Assembly: GCA_965204375.1 (NCBI GenBank)
Contig: OZ241986.1
Span: 384,001 to 448,000, forward strand
Length of the DNA stretch: 64,000 bases
From: Candidatus Latescibacterota bacterium
Lineage (GTDB): Bacteria > Latescibacterota > UBA2968
Direction: 5' to 3'
Positions 28,349 to 38,098 of the stretch are shown here, one piece after another. The first letter of the stretch is position 1. Every line of letters begins with the position of its first letter. The notes below the pieces were generated by a model. The model did no database searches and was not told the origin of the DNA. It worked only from the letters and a program-made list of their open reading frames with translations. A program made the translations under genes and the position numbers.

Positions 28349-29806
28349 ATGTCAGAGCGACCTAATTTGTTGTTGATTACAACAGATCAACAGCGCGGAG
28401 ATTGCCTCGGGTGTGATGGACATCCGGCACTGGAGACGCCGTATCTCGATGAAATGGCCGAGCGGGGAGCGCATTTCCCCCACGCCTATACGTCGGTGCC
28501 GTCGTGTACGCCTGCACGCGCGGGGATTATCACGGGGATGGATCAATGGAATCACGGGCGGTTGACAATGACGGGAAGCCATCCGCTGGAATATCCGGCG
28601 ACATTGCCGGGAGAACTTGCAGCGGCGGGGTATCACACGCAGGCCGTGGGTAAGATGCACCATGCCCCGCAACGCAGATTATATGGTTTTCACCACATGG
28701 TGCTGGATGAAAGTGGACGGCGGATGGGAAATTTTATCAGCGATTATCATTTGTTTTTTGATCAGCACAAGGAAGGTGCTTACGGGTATCGGGATCACAG
28801 TATCGATTGGAATTCATGGATGGCACGGCCCAGTCATTTGCCCGAGCATTTGCATCCGACGCACTGGACGGCGAGCGAGGGGATTAAATTTTTGCAGCAA
28901 CGCGATCCGACCAAACCGTTTTTTATGTGGCTTTCATTTGCGCGTCCCCATTCGCCTTATGATGCGCCTCAGGCGTATTGGGATATGTATATCAATAATG
29001 ACAATATCCCCAAAGCCGCTGTGGGAGACTGGGCAGCAGAGTTCGATAAAAAGGTCGCGGATGTCAATGCGCCGCGTTCGCACCGTTCCGATGCCGAAAC
29101 GCACAGGGGACGCGCGGGATATTACGGCAATATTACATTTATTGATCACCAGATTGGGCGCGTGCTGTACGAGTTGCGCCGCCACGACCCGCAAACATAC
29201 GGCAATACTCTGATTATTTTTACATCTGATCACGGCGATATGATGGGCGACCATCACCACTGGCGGAAAACCTACGCTTACGAAGGGTCTGCGCGCATTC
29301 CGTTTATCGTGAAGTATCCCGATACATGGCGCGATATGGCGCGAGGGGTAAAGTATGATCATCCCGTGGAGTTGCGCGATGTGATGCCCACATTGCTCGA
29401 TGCCGCCGGAGTCGAGATACCAGAGTCTGTGGATGGGCGGTCTCTTCTGGATATTGCGCGGGGGGATGACGAGGGATGGCGCGCGTTTGTGCAGGGCGAG
29501 CATACGTCGTGTTATACAAGAGAACACGGTATGCAATATGTCACCGATGGGCACGAGAAGTATATCTGGTTTCATCACACGGGAGAAGAACAGTTTTTTA
29601 ATCTGGATGACGATCCATTGGAATGCTGCGAATTGTCAAAAGATCCGGCGTATGAAACGCGCATCGCGATGTGGCGCAGGCGATTGGCAGAGGTGAATGA
29701 GAATCGGGGCGATCCGAGGGGTCAAAATGGAGAACTCGTGCCGCAGTTCGATGGCGCGCTGAGTCTGTCGCCAAATTATCAGAGATGGAAAGACGCCGCG
29801 CAATAA
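28349..29806 (+). CDS. Formylglycine-dependent sulfatase (arylsulfatase/choline-sulfatase-like)
   Basis: PNLLLITTDQQR, CTPAR, GKMH, TSDHG. Confidence 0.92.
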   Translation: MSERPNLLLITTDQQRGDCLGCDGHPALETPYLDEMAERGAHFPHAYTSVPSCTPARAGIITGMDQWNHGRLTMTGSHPLEYPATLPGELAAAGYHTQAVGKMHHAPQRRLYGFHHMVLDESGRRMGNFISDYHLFFDQHKEGAYGYRDHSIDWNSWMARPSHLPEHLHPTHWTASEGIKFLQQRDPTKPFFMWLSFARPHSPYDAPQAYWDMYINNDNIPKAAVGDWAAEFDKKVADVNAPRSHRSDAETHRGRAGYYGNITFIDHQIGRVLYELRRHDPQTYGNTLIIFTSDHGDMMGDHHHWRKTYAYEGSARIPFIVKYPDTWRDMARGVKYDHPVELRDVMPTLLDAAGVEIPESVDGRSLLDIARGDDEGWRAFVQGEHTSCYTREHGMQYVTDGHEKYIWFHHTGEEQFFNLDDDPLECCELSKDPAYETRIAMWRRRLAEVNENRGDPRGQNGELVPQFDGALSLSPNYQRWKDAAQ

Positions 29807-29819
29807 CTGTGAGGATGCT

Positions 29820-30299
29820 ATGGCCCAAAAATACTGGCTTGTAAAGTGCGAGTACGATGTGTGCTCTTTTGAAGAATTGAGCAATCGGCCCAGTGGGATT
29901 GGGTACTGGCGAGGCGTGCGCAATTATCAAGCGCGTAATTTTATCCGCGACGAAATGCAAAAAGGCGATCAGGCACTTTTCTATCAGTCGAATTGTAAAA
30001 ATCCCGGTGTTGCCGGTATTGCCAATATTGTGCGTGCGGGATATCCTGACCCCTCTCAATTCGATGCGCAGCATGAGTACTACGACGAGAAGGCTTCCAG
30101 AGAAGAGCCGCGCTGGTTTTCCTTTGATGTGCAATGGTCAAAAGCATTTGAGCCTTATGTCAGTCTGCAAGATCTCAAGAACAATCCCAAGCTCAAAGAT
30201 ATGAAGGTGGTTCAGCGCGGGCAGCGGTTGTCAATTCAGCCGGTGACAAAGGAGGAGTTTGAGATTGTGTGCGAGATGGGTGGACATTTGGCGAGATGA
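29820..30299 (+). CDS. EVE domain protein
   Basis: YWLVKCE, WRGVRNYQARNFIRD, YPDPSQFD, RLSIQPV. Confidence 0.92.
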   Translation: MAQKYWLVKCEYDVCSFEELSNRPSGIGYWRGVRNYQARNFIRDEMQKGDQALFYQSNCKNPGVAGIANIVRAGYPDPSQFDAQHEYYDEKASREEPRWFSFDVQWSKAFEPYVSLQDLKNNPKLKDMKVVQRGQRLSIQPVTKEEFEIVCEMGGHLAR

Positions 30300-30316
30300 G
30301 AAGGCAAAGGTATATC

Positions 30317-30802
30317 ATGCCGCGTAAAAACAAGGTTCTCAGCATCGGCGATATCGCCCCCTTATTTACTCTCCCCTCACACGAGGGGCGATATATCTCA
30401 CTTGTGGCGTATCGAAAAAAGAAACATGTCGTTTTGATCTTTTTTAGGGGAACATGGTGACTGAATAGCCGTCGTCAGTTGGCGGCAGTGCAAGAGTATT
30501 TCTCCGCTTATGTCGAATGCGATGCGACTCTACTCGCCATAGCTGCGCAGAGGCCCCGCGCACTGATCAAATACATTGAGCGCAAGGGGATAACCTATCC
30601 GTTACTGGCTGATAGAAAACGGCGCACGATCAAAAGCTATGGGGTCTATCACGGGCTCGGGCTAACCTCTTACAAACTTGCCCGCCCGGCGACGTTTATC
30701 GTCGATAAACTCGGCATTATTAGATATATGTATATTGGTTCGAATCAGTATGATTTTGCCGAACAGGAAGAAATTCTCGAGCACTTGAAATTGCTAAAAT
30801 AG
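30317..30802 (+). CDS. AhpC/TSA peroxiredoxin-like selenoprotein (Sec at UGA 30458-30460, UxxS)
   Basis: The two track ORFs are in frame across the TGA: GDIAPLFTL...VVLIFFRGTW-U-LNSRRQL...YPLLAD...RPATFIVDKLGIIRY; a hairpin follows the UGA. Confidence 0.8.
30460..30489 (+). promoter_or_regulatory. Putative bacterial SECIS hairpin
   Basis: GCCGTC-GTCAGTT-GGCGGC (30468-30486) with a G-U first in the apical loop, just 3' of the UGA. Confidence 0.6.
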
Positions 30803-31008
30803 TTCAGATTGATGAGCAAGACTTGAAATATAATTACTTCAGACTTACTCAATCTCTGATTAGCGGACATTTGACGAGATGAGGTAGTCAAACGACAAAA
30901 AAAAGAAATAAGACTTGACAAAAAATAGGTAGTGTTCAAATATTTTTTAGTTTAAGCAGGTGTTTCGCTAACTAACCTCGAGAATTTGGCTTAAAATGAG
31001 GTGCTGAA

Positions 31009-32184
31009 TTGCAGATCCCTTCTTCATATCAACCCGGGTACGAAGAGGCCCTTCTGACTGATCCAGATTTCGCCAAAACGTACATCCAGCACACGCTCAT
31101 CGGCGATCCCGATGCCGATGCTCTGATCAATGGATTAGCCGGTATTGACGAGAAGCAACAGGGCGTATTTATCAGGGCTGGAATGGATCAGGATGAGGAA
31201 AAACTGCGTGATGCGCCTCAGGCAGTACGGGCGTTTTTTGAGAAGATTGGGACGCCGCCCGCGTGGTTTGATCCCGAGTCAGTATATCCCGGATGCCGTG
31301 GCTTCCAAGCCTATTCAGATCTGTTTCTCACCTCGTTTGTCGTGGATATTATTGTACAGGGTTTCACTACGCTGATCAGCCAATCGTTTTTCACCACAGG
31401 AAGGCTGACCGATCAGGGGGTGCGGCGGTTAAAGCAAAATATACTTCATCTCTTAGAGATTATGTTGCCGGGTGGCCTGGAGCGACATGGCGAGGGCTGG
31501 AAATTGTCTGTCCGTCTGCGGCTGGTGCATGCACAGGTCAGGCGGCATCTTCTCGCTTCTGAGGAGTGGGACCATGAAGCCCACGGCATGCCGATCAGTG
31601 CTGCCCACATCGCGCTCGCGTCCTGTAATTTCTCCGGGATGCTGTTGCGGTCAGCCACGCGAATTGGCGCACGTCTAAACGATGAAGAACGCGATAGTTT
31701 TATGCAGATATGGCGCTATACCGCTCATCTGATGGGTGTGCCCGAGGCACTCTTGTTCAGCAATGAGACCGAAGCCTGTGAAATATACCGCGTGGGTTAT
31801 ATCTGCGAGCCGCCTCCTGGTCTGGAAGCTATTGCTATGGCAAACTCGGTGATTGCCTCGGCTCCTTACGTGATCGGTATTAAAGACGAGAAAGAGCGAG
31901 ATAATCTATCTGGTTTTGGGTACCGCCTTTCCCGAGCGTTGATTGGAGACGAACTCGCCGATCAACTCATGTTCCCCAAAAGTCGGACATCTGGGCCTGG
32001 GACACTGGTATATTTGCGGCTGAGGCGCAGAATCCAGGATATCCTTGATGTCCTGCTATGGTGGAGACCGGGGCATCGTACTCAAAGCTTCATGGCCTTG
32101 CTCAACGTATCTACGCTCAAAGAACATAAAATCAGTTACCGATTACCCGACAAGCTACACGCAGACGAGGCGAAGCCGTGGTGA
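31009..32184 (+). CDS. DUF2236/MpaB/Lcp-like heme oxygenase
   Basis: GDPDAD, PPAWFD, VRLRLVHAQVR (heme His), WRYTAHLMGVP; TTG start after GAGGTG. Confidence 0.85.
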   Translation: MQIPSSYQPGYEEALLTDPDFAKTYIQHTLIGDPDADALINGLAGIDEKQQGVFIRAGMDQDEEKLRDAPQAVRAFFEKIGTPPAWFDPESVYPGCRGFQAYSDLFLTSFVVDIIVQGFTTLISQSFFTTGRLTDQGVRRLKQNILHLLEIMLPGGLERHGEGWKLSVRLRLVHAQVRRHLLASEEWDHEAHGMPISAAHIALASCNFSGMLLRSATRIGARLNDEERDSFMQIWRYTAHLMGVPEALLFSNETEACEIYRVGYICEPPPGLEAIAMANSVIASAPYVIGIKDEKERDNLSGFGYRLSRALIGDELADQLMFPKSRTSGPGTLVYLRLRRRIQDILDVLLWWRPGHRTQSFMALLNVSTLKEHKISYRLPDKLHADEAKPW

Positions 32185-32329
32185 GGTATGACGGTCTTTA
32201 TCCACCAATATATAATGAGGGAAATCAGTTAAATATCTACTTTTGGCGGTGTCGATAGTGCCAGGCATTCGCCTCGGTGAACAACTCGTCTTCGCACTTA
32301 ATCCGAAATGGTCGAAGGAGTGACTACTT

Positions 32330-34612
32330 TTGCAATTAGAACGCTACACCGATGCAGTTTTGCGCTATCGATGGTTGGTCGTTGCGCTCGCAACGCTGGT
32401 CATGTTGGCTATTACGGCAGGTGTTCGCTTCATCACCGTTACGAATGATTACCGCATTCTGTTTGGCGAAGACAATCCGCAACTCGCCGCGTTCGACGCT
32501 CTGGAGAACACGTATTCGGCCTCCAAAGCGGTACTGATTGCCGTTGCGCCGCGAGATGGCTCGGTGTTCACTCGCGAGGTGCTTGGCGCGGTTGAAGAAT
32601 TGACCGAAGCCGCTTGGCGTGCGCCTTATTCCAGTCGCGTCAATTCCCTTACCAATTATACCCATAGCGAAGCACTCGATGACGATTTGGTTGTTGCTCC
32701 GCTCGTCGATGACGCATCTTCACTGAGCGATGCCGATGTGGCGCGTATCGAAGAGAGCGCGCTGAATGCAATCGAAATTGTTGGGCGTCTGGTATCTCAT
32801 GATGGGCGTACGGCAGGGGTGGCGATTAATTTTATCTTGCCCGAAAATGCGGATCAGGCAGTGGTCGAAATTACCGATTATCTCAATTCGGTTCTCAATC
32901 AAGCCCGCAAGATCTACCCGAATATCGATTATTACCTGACCGGCGATGTCGTCATGGATCGGACTTTCGCCGATGTTACGAAGAACGACATGGAGACCCT
33001 GACGCCTATTGTGTTTCTCATCATTGTAGGTGCCACTATTATTCTCCTGCGCTCGATTCTCAGCACTTTGGCCATTGTCGCCGTGCTGGTATTTGTCATC
33101 AATACCACAATGGGATTCGCCGGGTGGAATAGCGTGGTATTCAGCCCCACCAATGCCGGCGTGCCGATTATCGTCATGGTGATCGCCATTGCTGATTCAA
33201 TACACATTGTCACGAGTGTTTTACTGGGTATGAGGCGCGGTCTGGACAGAAATGCGGCGATTGTCGAATCGATCCGCATCAATGCTTATCCGATATTTAT
33301 CACCTCGGTCACGACGGCGATTGGGTTCCTCAGTCTGAATGCTTCAGATTCGCCGCCTTTTCACGTTCTGGGCAATTACGTGGCATTTGGTGTATTATGT
33401 GCGCTTGTGTACACCATGACGCTATTGCCGGCATTGCTTTCGATTCTGCCGTTGCGCACCCCCCGTGTTCAGTCCGAGGGAACTGTCTTTTTTGATCGCT
33501 TTGCCGACTTTGTCATTGCCCGGCGCAAATTTTTGCTCTGGTTTGTCAGTCTGGTAGTCATTGTCCTGATAATCGGCGTTCACCGCATCGAACTGAGCGA
33601 TAATCTGGCGCAGTATTTTGATGATCGCTATGCGTTCCGGCGCGATACGGATTATATTATTGAAAACCTGACTGGTGTGGATAAGCTGGAATATTCGCTG
33701 AGTGCAGGGCGCGAAGGCGGCATTACCGATCCGGATTATCTGCGCCGAGTTGATGCTTTTGCCGAGTGGTATCGGACGCAACCCGAAGTGACCCATGTCC
33801 AGGCATTTTCGGATATTATGAAACGCCTTAACAAAAACATGCACGGCGACGATCCTGCCTTTTATCGCTTGCCCCAAGACCCGGGTCTCGCGGCGCAGTA
33901 TCTGTTGCTCTACGAGTTTTCGCTTCCGTTCGGCAGCGATCTCAATGACCGCATAGATGTCGCCAAATCCGCTACGCGTCTGAGTGTCGTGACCAGGAAT
34001 GCGTGGTCGCGAGATCTGCGTGAACTCGATAAGCGCGCACAGGTCTGGCTTCGCGCCAATGTACCCGATTTTGCAAACGAAGCATCGGGTCTGAGCATGA
34101 TCGCTGCCCATCTGACGCTGCGGAATATCAATAGCATGTTGCGCGGTACGATTACTGCGATGGCACTTATCTCGTTCATTTTGATCTGGATCTTCAAGAG
34201 TGTTCGGGTCGGTCTCCTCAGTCTTCTGCCCAACTTTATTCCCGCGATTATGAGCTTCGGTCTGTGGGGCTATCTCGTCGGCCATGTGGGCATTGCTTCT
34301 TCGGTGGTGATTGCCGTTGTTTTCGGAATTGTCGTGGATGATACGATTCATTTTCTGAGCAAATATCTGAAGGCCCGGCGCGAGGGTCTTCCCGCTCCCG
34401 AGGCCGTGCGCTATACCTTTCACACGGTGGGCCATGCGTTATGGACGACGACCGCAGTGTTGTCCGTGGGATTTCTTGTGTTCGCCACATCGGGATTTGA
34501 GGTGAGTTGGGCACTCGGTCTTTTGGTCACGATTACGATTGTCTTCGCGCTTGTTGCCGACTTTTTACTTCTTCCAACTCTGCTGATTGCCATTGATCGG
34601 AGAAATTCATGA
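32330..34612 (+). CDS. MMPL/RND family transporter
   Basis: Two repeats of periplasmic loop plus TM bundle; IAIADSIH and GIVVDDTIH; TTG start after AAGGAG. Confidence 0.9.
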   Translation: MQLERYTDAVLRYRWLVVALATLVMLAITAGVRFITVTNDYRILFGEDNPQLAAFDALENTYSASKAVLIAVAPRDGSVFTREVLGAVEELTEAAWRAPYSSRVNSLTNYTHSEALDDDLVVAPLVDDASSLSDADVARIEESALNAIEIVGRLVSHDGRTAGVAINFILPENADQAVVEITDYLNSVLNQARKIYPNIDYYLTGDVVMDRTFADVTKNDMETLTPIVFLIIVGATIILLRSILSTLAIVAVLVFVINTTMGFAGWNSVVFSPTNAGVPIIVMVIAIADSIHIVTSVLLGMRRGLDRNAAIVESIRINAYPIFITSVTTAIGFLSLNASDSPPFHVLGNYVAFGVLCALVYTMTLLPALLSILPLRTPRVQSEGTVFFDRFADFVIARRKFLLWFVSLVVIVLIIGVHRIELSDNLAQYFDDRYAFRRDTDYIIENLTGVDKLEYSLSAGREGGITDPDYLRRVDAFAEWYRTQPEVTHVQAFSDIMKRLNKNMHGDDPAFYRLPQDPGLAAQYLLLYEFSLPFGSDLNDRIDVAKSATRLSVVTRNAWSRDLRELDKRAQVWLRANVPDFANEASGLSMIAAHLTLRNINSMLRGTITAMALISFILIWIFKSVRVGLLSLLPNFIPAIMSFGLWGYLVGHVGIASSVVIAVVFGIVVDDTIHFLSKYLKARREGLPAPEAVRYTFHTVGHALWTTTAVLSVGFLVFATSGFEVSWALGLLVTITIVFALVADFLLLPTLLIAIDRRNS

Positions 34613-35415
34613 TACCAGTTCGACCAATACATCTGCTTTTCGCGCTTTTTCCAATCATTTCGTTTTGTCTCGGTGTGCTACCTGCTCGTTCCGAAACTGC
34701 AGAGGAAACCGGGCTAAAAATTGCACAGGATTCTCAGGATCGCGAGAAGGGTTTTGGCAATTTTACGGCTCAGCAAACCATGGTGTTGCGCAACAAACAC
34801 GGGCAAGAGAGCCGGCGCCAACTCCGGGTAAAGGTTCTCGAAGTTTCCGAAGATGGCGACAAGAGCCTATTTGTATTTGACCAGCCGCGCGATGTCAAGG
34901 GAACGGCGTTGCTTATTCACGCTCATCGGGAAAGCGCGGATGACCAATGGCTTTATTTGCCCGCTCTGAAACGTGTCAAACGCATTAGTTCGTCGAATCA
35001 GTCCGGCTCTTTTATGGGAAGTGAATTTGCTTATGAGGACCTGACCCCTCAGGCTGTGGAGAAATTTACCTATCGTTACCTGCGCGACGAGGCATATGGC
35101 GATTTGACATGCACGGTTACAGAACGATTTCCCGTGGATAAGAAATCGGGCTATAGTCGCCAGGTGGTCTGGCGCGATAAGGATGAGTTACGCGTCTGGA
35201 AAGTAGAGTATTACGACCGCAAGAATTCACATCTGAAGACGCTTACTCTGGAGAATTACGCGCAGTACCTGGAGCGTTACTGGCGCGCTGGACAGATGAC
35301 GATGGTCAATCATTTGACCGGGAAAAGTACCGTTCTGACCTGGACAGATTTTGAGTTTCAGACTGATCTCAATGATCGCGATTTCACGCAGACCGGACTG
35401 AGACGGGTGCGTTGA
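34609..35415 (+). CDS. LolA-like outer-membrane lipoprotein-sorting family periplasmic protein
   Basis: Signal peptide; PRDVKGTALL, DDQWLYLPALKRVKRI, SFMGSEFAYEDL; ATGA overlap with the RND gene. Confidence 0.9.
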   Translation: MIPVRPIHLLFALFPIISFCLGVLPARSETAEETGLKIAQDSQDREKGFGNFTAQQTMVLRNKHGQESRRQLRVKVLEVSEDGDKSLFVFDQPRDVKGTALLIHAHRESADDQWLYLPALKRVKRISSSNQSGSFMGSEFAYEDLTPQAVEKFTYRYLRDEAYGDLTCTVTERFPVDKKSGYSRQVVWRDKDELRVWKVEYYDRKNSHLKTLTLENYAQYLERYWRAGQMTMVNHLTGKSTVLTWTDFEFQTDLNDRDFTQTGLRRVR

Positions 35416-36683
35416 TGTTACTCCGTACCTCTTTTTGTTTTTTATATCTCGGCGCGGTCTGGATTTTGGCTCTGGTCTTTGCTGTTGGCGCACATGCCGA
35501 AATTGGGATTGACCGCGATTTTTCCGGGCGTTTGAATATCGAAAGCCGATGGTTTCCCCAGGCCGGTGCCTTTCCCGGCCAGAGGTCTCATGCCATCGGT
35601 TTTTTTGTGGAACCCAAACTCTATCTTGCAGATGCCAGGGGGCGAAGTTTCACGCTATCGTCGTTCTTTCGATACGATAACGCGGACTCACGCCGCACCC
35701 ATGCCGACCTGCGCGAAGCCTATTTTCTGCTATTCGGCGAAATCGGCGATGGTGAATGGGAGTTGCGCGTGGGTATTGACCAGGTCTTCTGGGGCGTTAC
35801 GGAATCGCAACATCTGGTCGATATTATCAATCAGATCGATCTGGTTGAACATCCAAATGGAGAGACAAAGCTGGGACAACCGATGGTCAATATCACCTAT
35901 TCCAGCGATTGGGGTATAGTGGAGTTTTTTGTTTTGCCGTATCACCGGGCGCGCACGTTTCCAGGCCAATCTGGCCGTTTGCGTCTCCCGCTTGTGGTGG
36001 GAGATGAGCCGGTCGAGTATGAGAGCGAGGCAAAGGCGTGGCACTTGGATTTCGCAGCCCGGTACAGTCAAAGTTTTGGGGTTGTCGATGTTGGTCTGAG
36101 TATGTTCAACGGTACCAATCGGGAGCCTTTTTTAATGCCGGGTGCGGATCATAGCGGTGCGCCGGTATTGGTTCAGCACTACGGCCAGATCCGCCAGTTT
36201 GGGCTGGATGCGCAGCTAACTATCGGCTCATGGTTGTTCAAGTTCGAGGCTATTCAGCGCGCGGGTGCTCGAAATCTGCTGGGTATGGAAGAAGATTATG
36301 TGGCTTCTGTTTTTGGCGGCGAATACACGTTTTATTCCGTATTTGGTTCGGCTGTTGATCTCAGCTTGCTCGGCGAATGGAATTACGACGGGCGGGGGCG
36401 CAATGCGACGCCGAGTCGCTCACCTAATACGCTCGAGAACGATTTCTTTTTTGCCACGCGCCTTGCGTTCAACGATGTTCAGAGTACTGAGATTGTCGCG
36501 AGTATTCTGGGGGATGCGGGCCGTTCTACACGCGCACTATCTGTCGAATTGTATCGGCGTATCTCTGACCAGTTGTCTGTGGACATAGAGGCGATTTATC
36601 TTCTCAGTATTGACCAGGCCGATATCCACTACGATACGCGACGCGATAGTTTTATTGATCTGAGTCTGATGTATAATTTTTAG
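35412..36683 (+). CDS. Outer-membrane beta-barrel protein (third gene of the MMPL-LolA-like module)
   Basis: Signal peptide, DLREAY, RVGIDQVFWG, VDIINQ, C-terminal YNF. Confidence 0.78.
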   Translation: MMLLRTSFCFLYLGAVWILALVFAVGAHAEIGIDRDFSGRLNIESRWFPQAGAFPGQRSHAIGFFVEPKLYLADARGRSFTLSSFFRYDNADSRRTHADLREAYFLLFGEIGDGEWELRVGIDQVFWGVTESQHLVDIINQIDLVEHPNGETKLGQPMVNITYSSDWGIVEFFVLPYHRARTFPGQSGRLRLPLVVGDEPVEYESEAKAWHLDFAARYSQSFGVVDVGLSMFNGTNREPFLMPGADHSGAPVLVQHYGQIRQFGLDAQLTIGSWLFKFEAIQRAGARNLLGMEEDYVASVFGGEYTFYSVFGSAVDLSLLGEWNYDGRGRNATPSRSPNTLENDFFFATRLAFNDVQSTEIVASILGDAGRSTRALSVELYRRISDQLSVDIEAIYLLSIDQADIHYDTRRDSFIDLSLMYNF

Positions 36684-36704
36684 TTGTGCTCACTCTGATT
36701 AGAA

Positions 36705-36752
36705 AGACAACCCCCCGTCCGGAATGCCCAGACGGGGGTTCTTGGGTTGTCT
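36705..36752. terminator. Hairpin between convergent genes (probable bidirectional terminator)
   Basis: CCCCCGTC...GACGGGGG stem with outer AGACAACCC/GGGTTGTCT arms. Confidence 0.6.
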
Positions 36753-36767
36753 AAAGGGATAGATTGG

Positions 36768-38087
36768 TTACGTCACGACAGGTTCCATACCGGGTTCGCC
36801 CGCGTGGTAAGACGCCAGGCACCAGGGGTCCCGGGTTTCTTTGCGGAAGGCGCGAACTTTTTGTCGCATGGCTTCGGCGATGTCTTGAACGGCGGGATCG
36901 TCAATGACGTTGGTGGATTCCATGGGATCGTTTTCAATGTCGAAGAGAGCTTCGGCATCCTGGTGCAGAAAGTTTTCCGTGCGGCGTTTGCCCATTTCCA
37001 AATTTTCTCTGCGGATGGCCTGCCAGGTGGGCGATGCCCACAGGTCACTGGGCAAAGGGGTGGTGATTTCGGGATAGAGATTGCGCACGTACTTGTATTT
37101 GCGTCCGCGTAAAACTCGGTAGGGATAGTAGTTGGTGACTTCGTGAAAGGTGTGGGAAAAGAAGGTTTCGTCAAATCCCTCGGGATGTGCCTCGTCGAGG
37201 ATGGGGACGAGAGATTTTTCGGGCAAGCCTTCGGGGGGATCAACGCCGCACCATTCAAAGACGGTGGGGGCGATGTTGTTCCAGTTGACGAGGGCGTCGC
37301 TGACAACAGCTTCGGCATCTGGGCGCGCAATAATGAGCGGACAGTGGTGGCCCGTGTCAAAAGAAGAGGCTTTGCCGCCGGGAAAGGGCATGCCGTGATC
37401 GCTCATGACGATGATCATGGTGTCATCGGCTCGGCCAGCGTCTTGAAGTGCCTGCACGGCCATGCCAATGCCGGTGTCGAGACGTGAGACGGATTGGTAG
37501 TATTCGGCAAATTCTCGCCGCACGTCTGGATGGTCGGGCAAAAAATCGGGGACGATGACTTCTTCGGGGGTATATGTGACTTCGGGGACGCCGGGATAGG
37601 TTTGTTTGTTGCCGAAGTCGCGGTGGGGGTCTGAATAACCGACGTGGAGATAGAATGGCTGATCGTTGTCAATGGTTTCAAAGAATTTTGAGATGTTGTC
37701 TGCAATACCGCGCACATTGCGTCCGCCGCCAGTTTCATAGTTCCAGGGATAGACAGATTCGGGTTGTACGTGGAGTTTGCCGACAACGCCGGTGGTGAAT
37801 CCGGCGGATTGTAGGGTTTTGGGAATTGACGGCATGTTGAGTTGCGTATGGAAATTGTGGATGCTGTGCGAGTGGCCGTATTGTCCATGCGTGTGGCTGT
37901 AGTGTCCGGTGAGCAGGTTGGCGCGGCTGGCCGCACACGATGGGGTGGTGCAAAAGGCGTGCTTAAATAAGGTGCCTCGCGCGGCAAGTGCATCTACGCT
38001 GGGCATTTTGATAACATTATTGCCATAACATCCGGCAATGGGGCTCCAATCGTCGGCAATGAGTAAGAGGACGTTGCGGTAGGACAT
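36768..38087 (-). CDS. Sulfatase, sulfamidase (N-sulfoglucosamine sulfohydrolase)-like
   Basis: LLLIADD, CAASR, GKLHV, DPHR, SDHGMPFP, HTFHEV; AAGGAG RBS before ATG 38087. Confidence 0.88.
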   Translation of the reverse strand: MSYRNVLLLIADDWSPIAGCYGNNVIKMPSVDALAARGTLFKHAFCTTPSCAASRANLLTGHYSHTHGQYGHSHSIHNFHTQLNMPSIPKTLQSAGFTTGVVGKLHVQPESVYPWNYETGGGRNVRGIADNISKFFETIDNDQPFYLHVGYSDPHRDFGNKQTYPGVPEVTYTPEEVIVPDFLPDHPDVRREFAEYYQSVSRLDTGIGMAVQALQDAGRADDTMIIVMSDHGMPFPGGKASSFDTGHHCPLIIARPDAEAVVSDALVNWNNIAPTVFEWCGVDPPEGLPEKSLVPILDEAHPEGFDETFFSHTFHEVTNYYPYRVLRGRKYKYVRNLYPEITTPLPSDLWASPTWQAIRRENLEMGKRRTENFLHQDAEALFDIENDPMESTNVIDDPAVQDIAEAMRQKVRAFRKETRDPWCLASYHAGEPGMEPVVT

Positions 38088-38098
38088 AAGATCTCCTT

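Noticed and set aside
30269-30802. Treating the split AhpC/TSA gene as a nonsense pseudogene or two small genes
   Set aside because: The single TGA falls at the catalytic position, is followed by a hairpin, and both halves are otherwise intact
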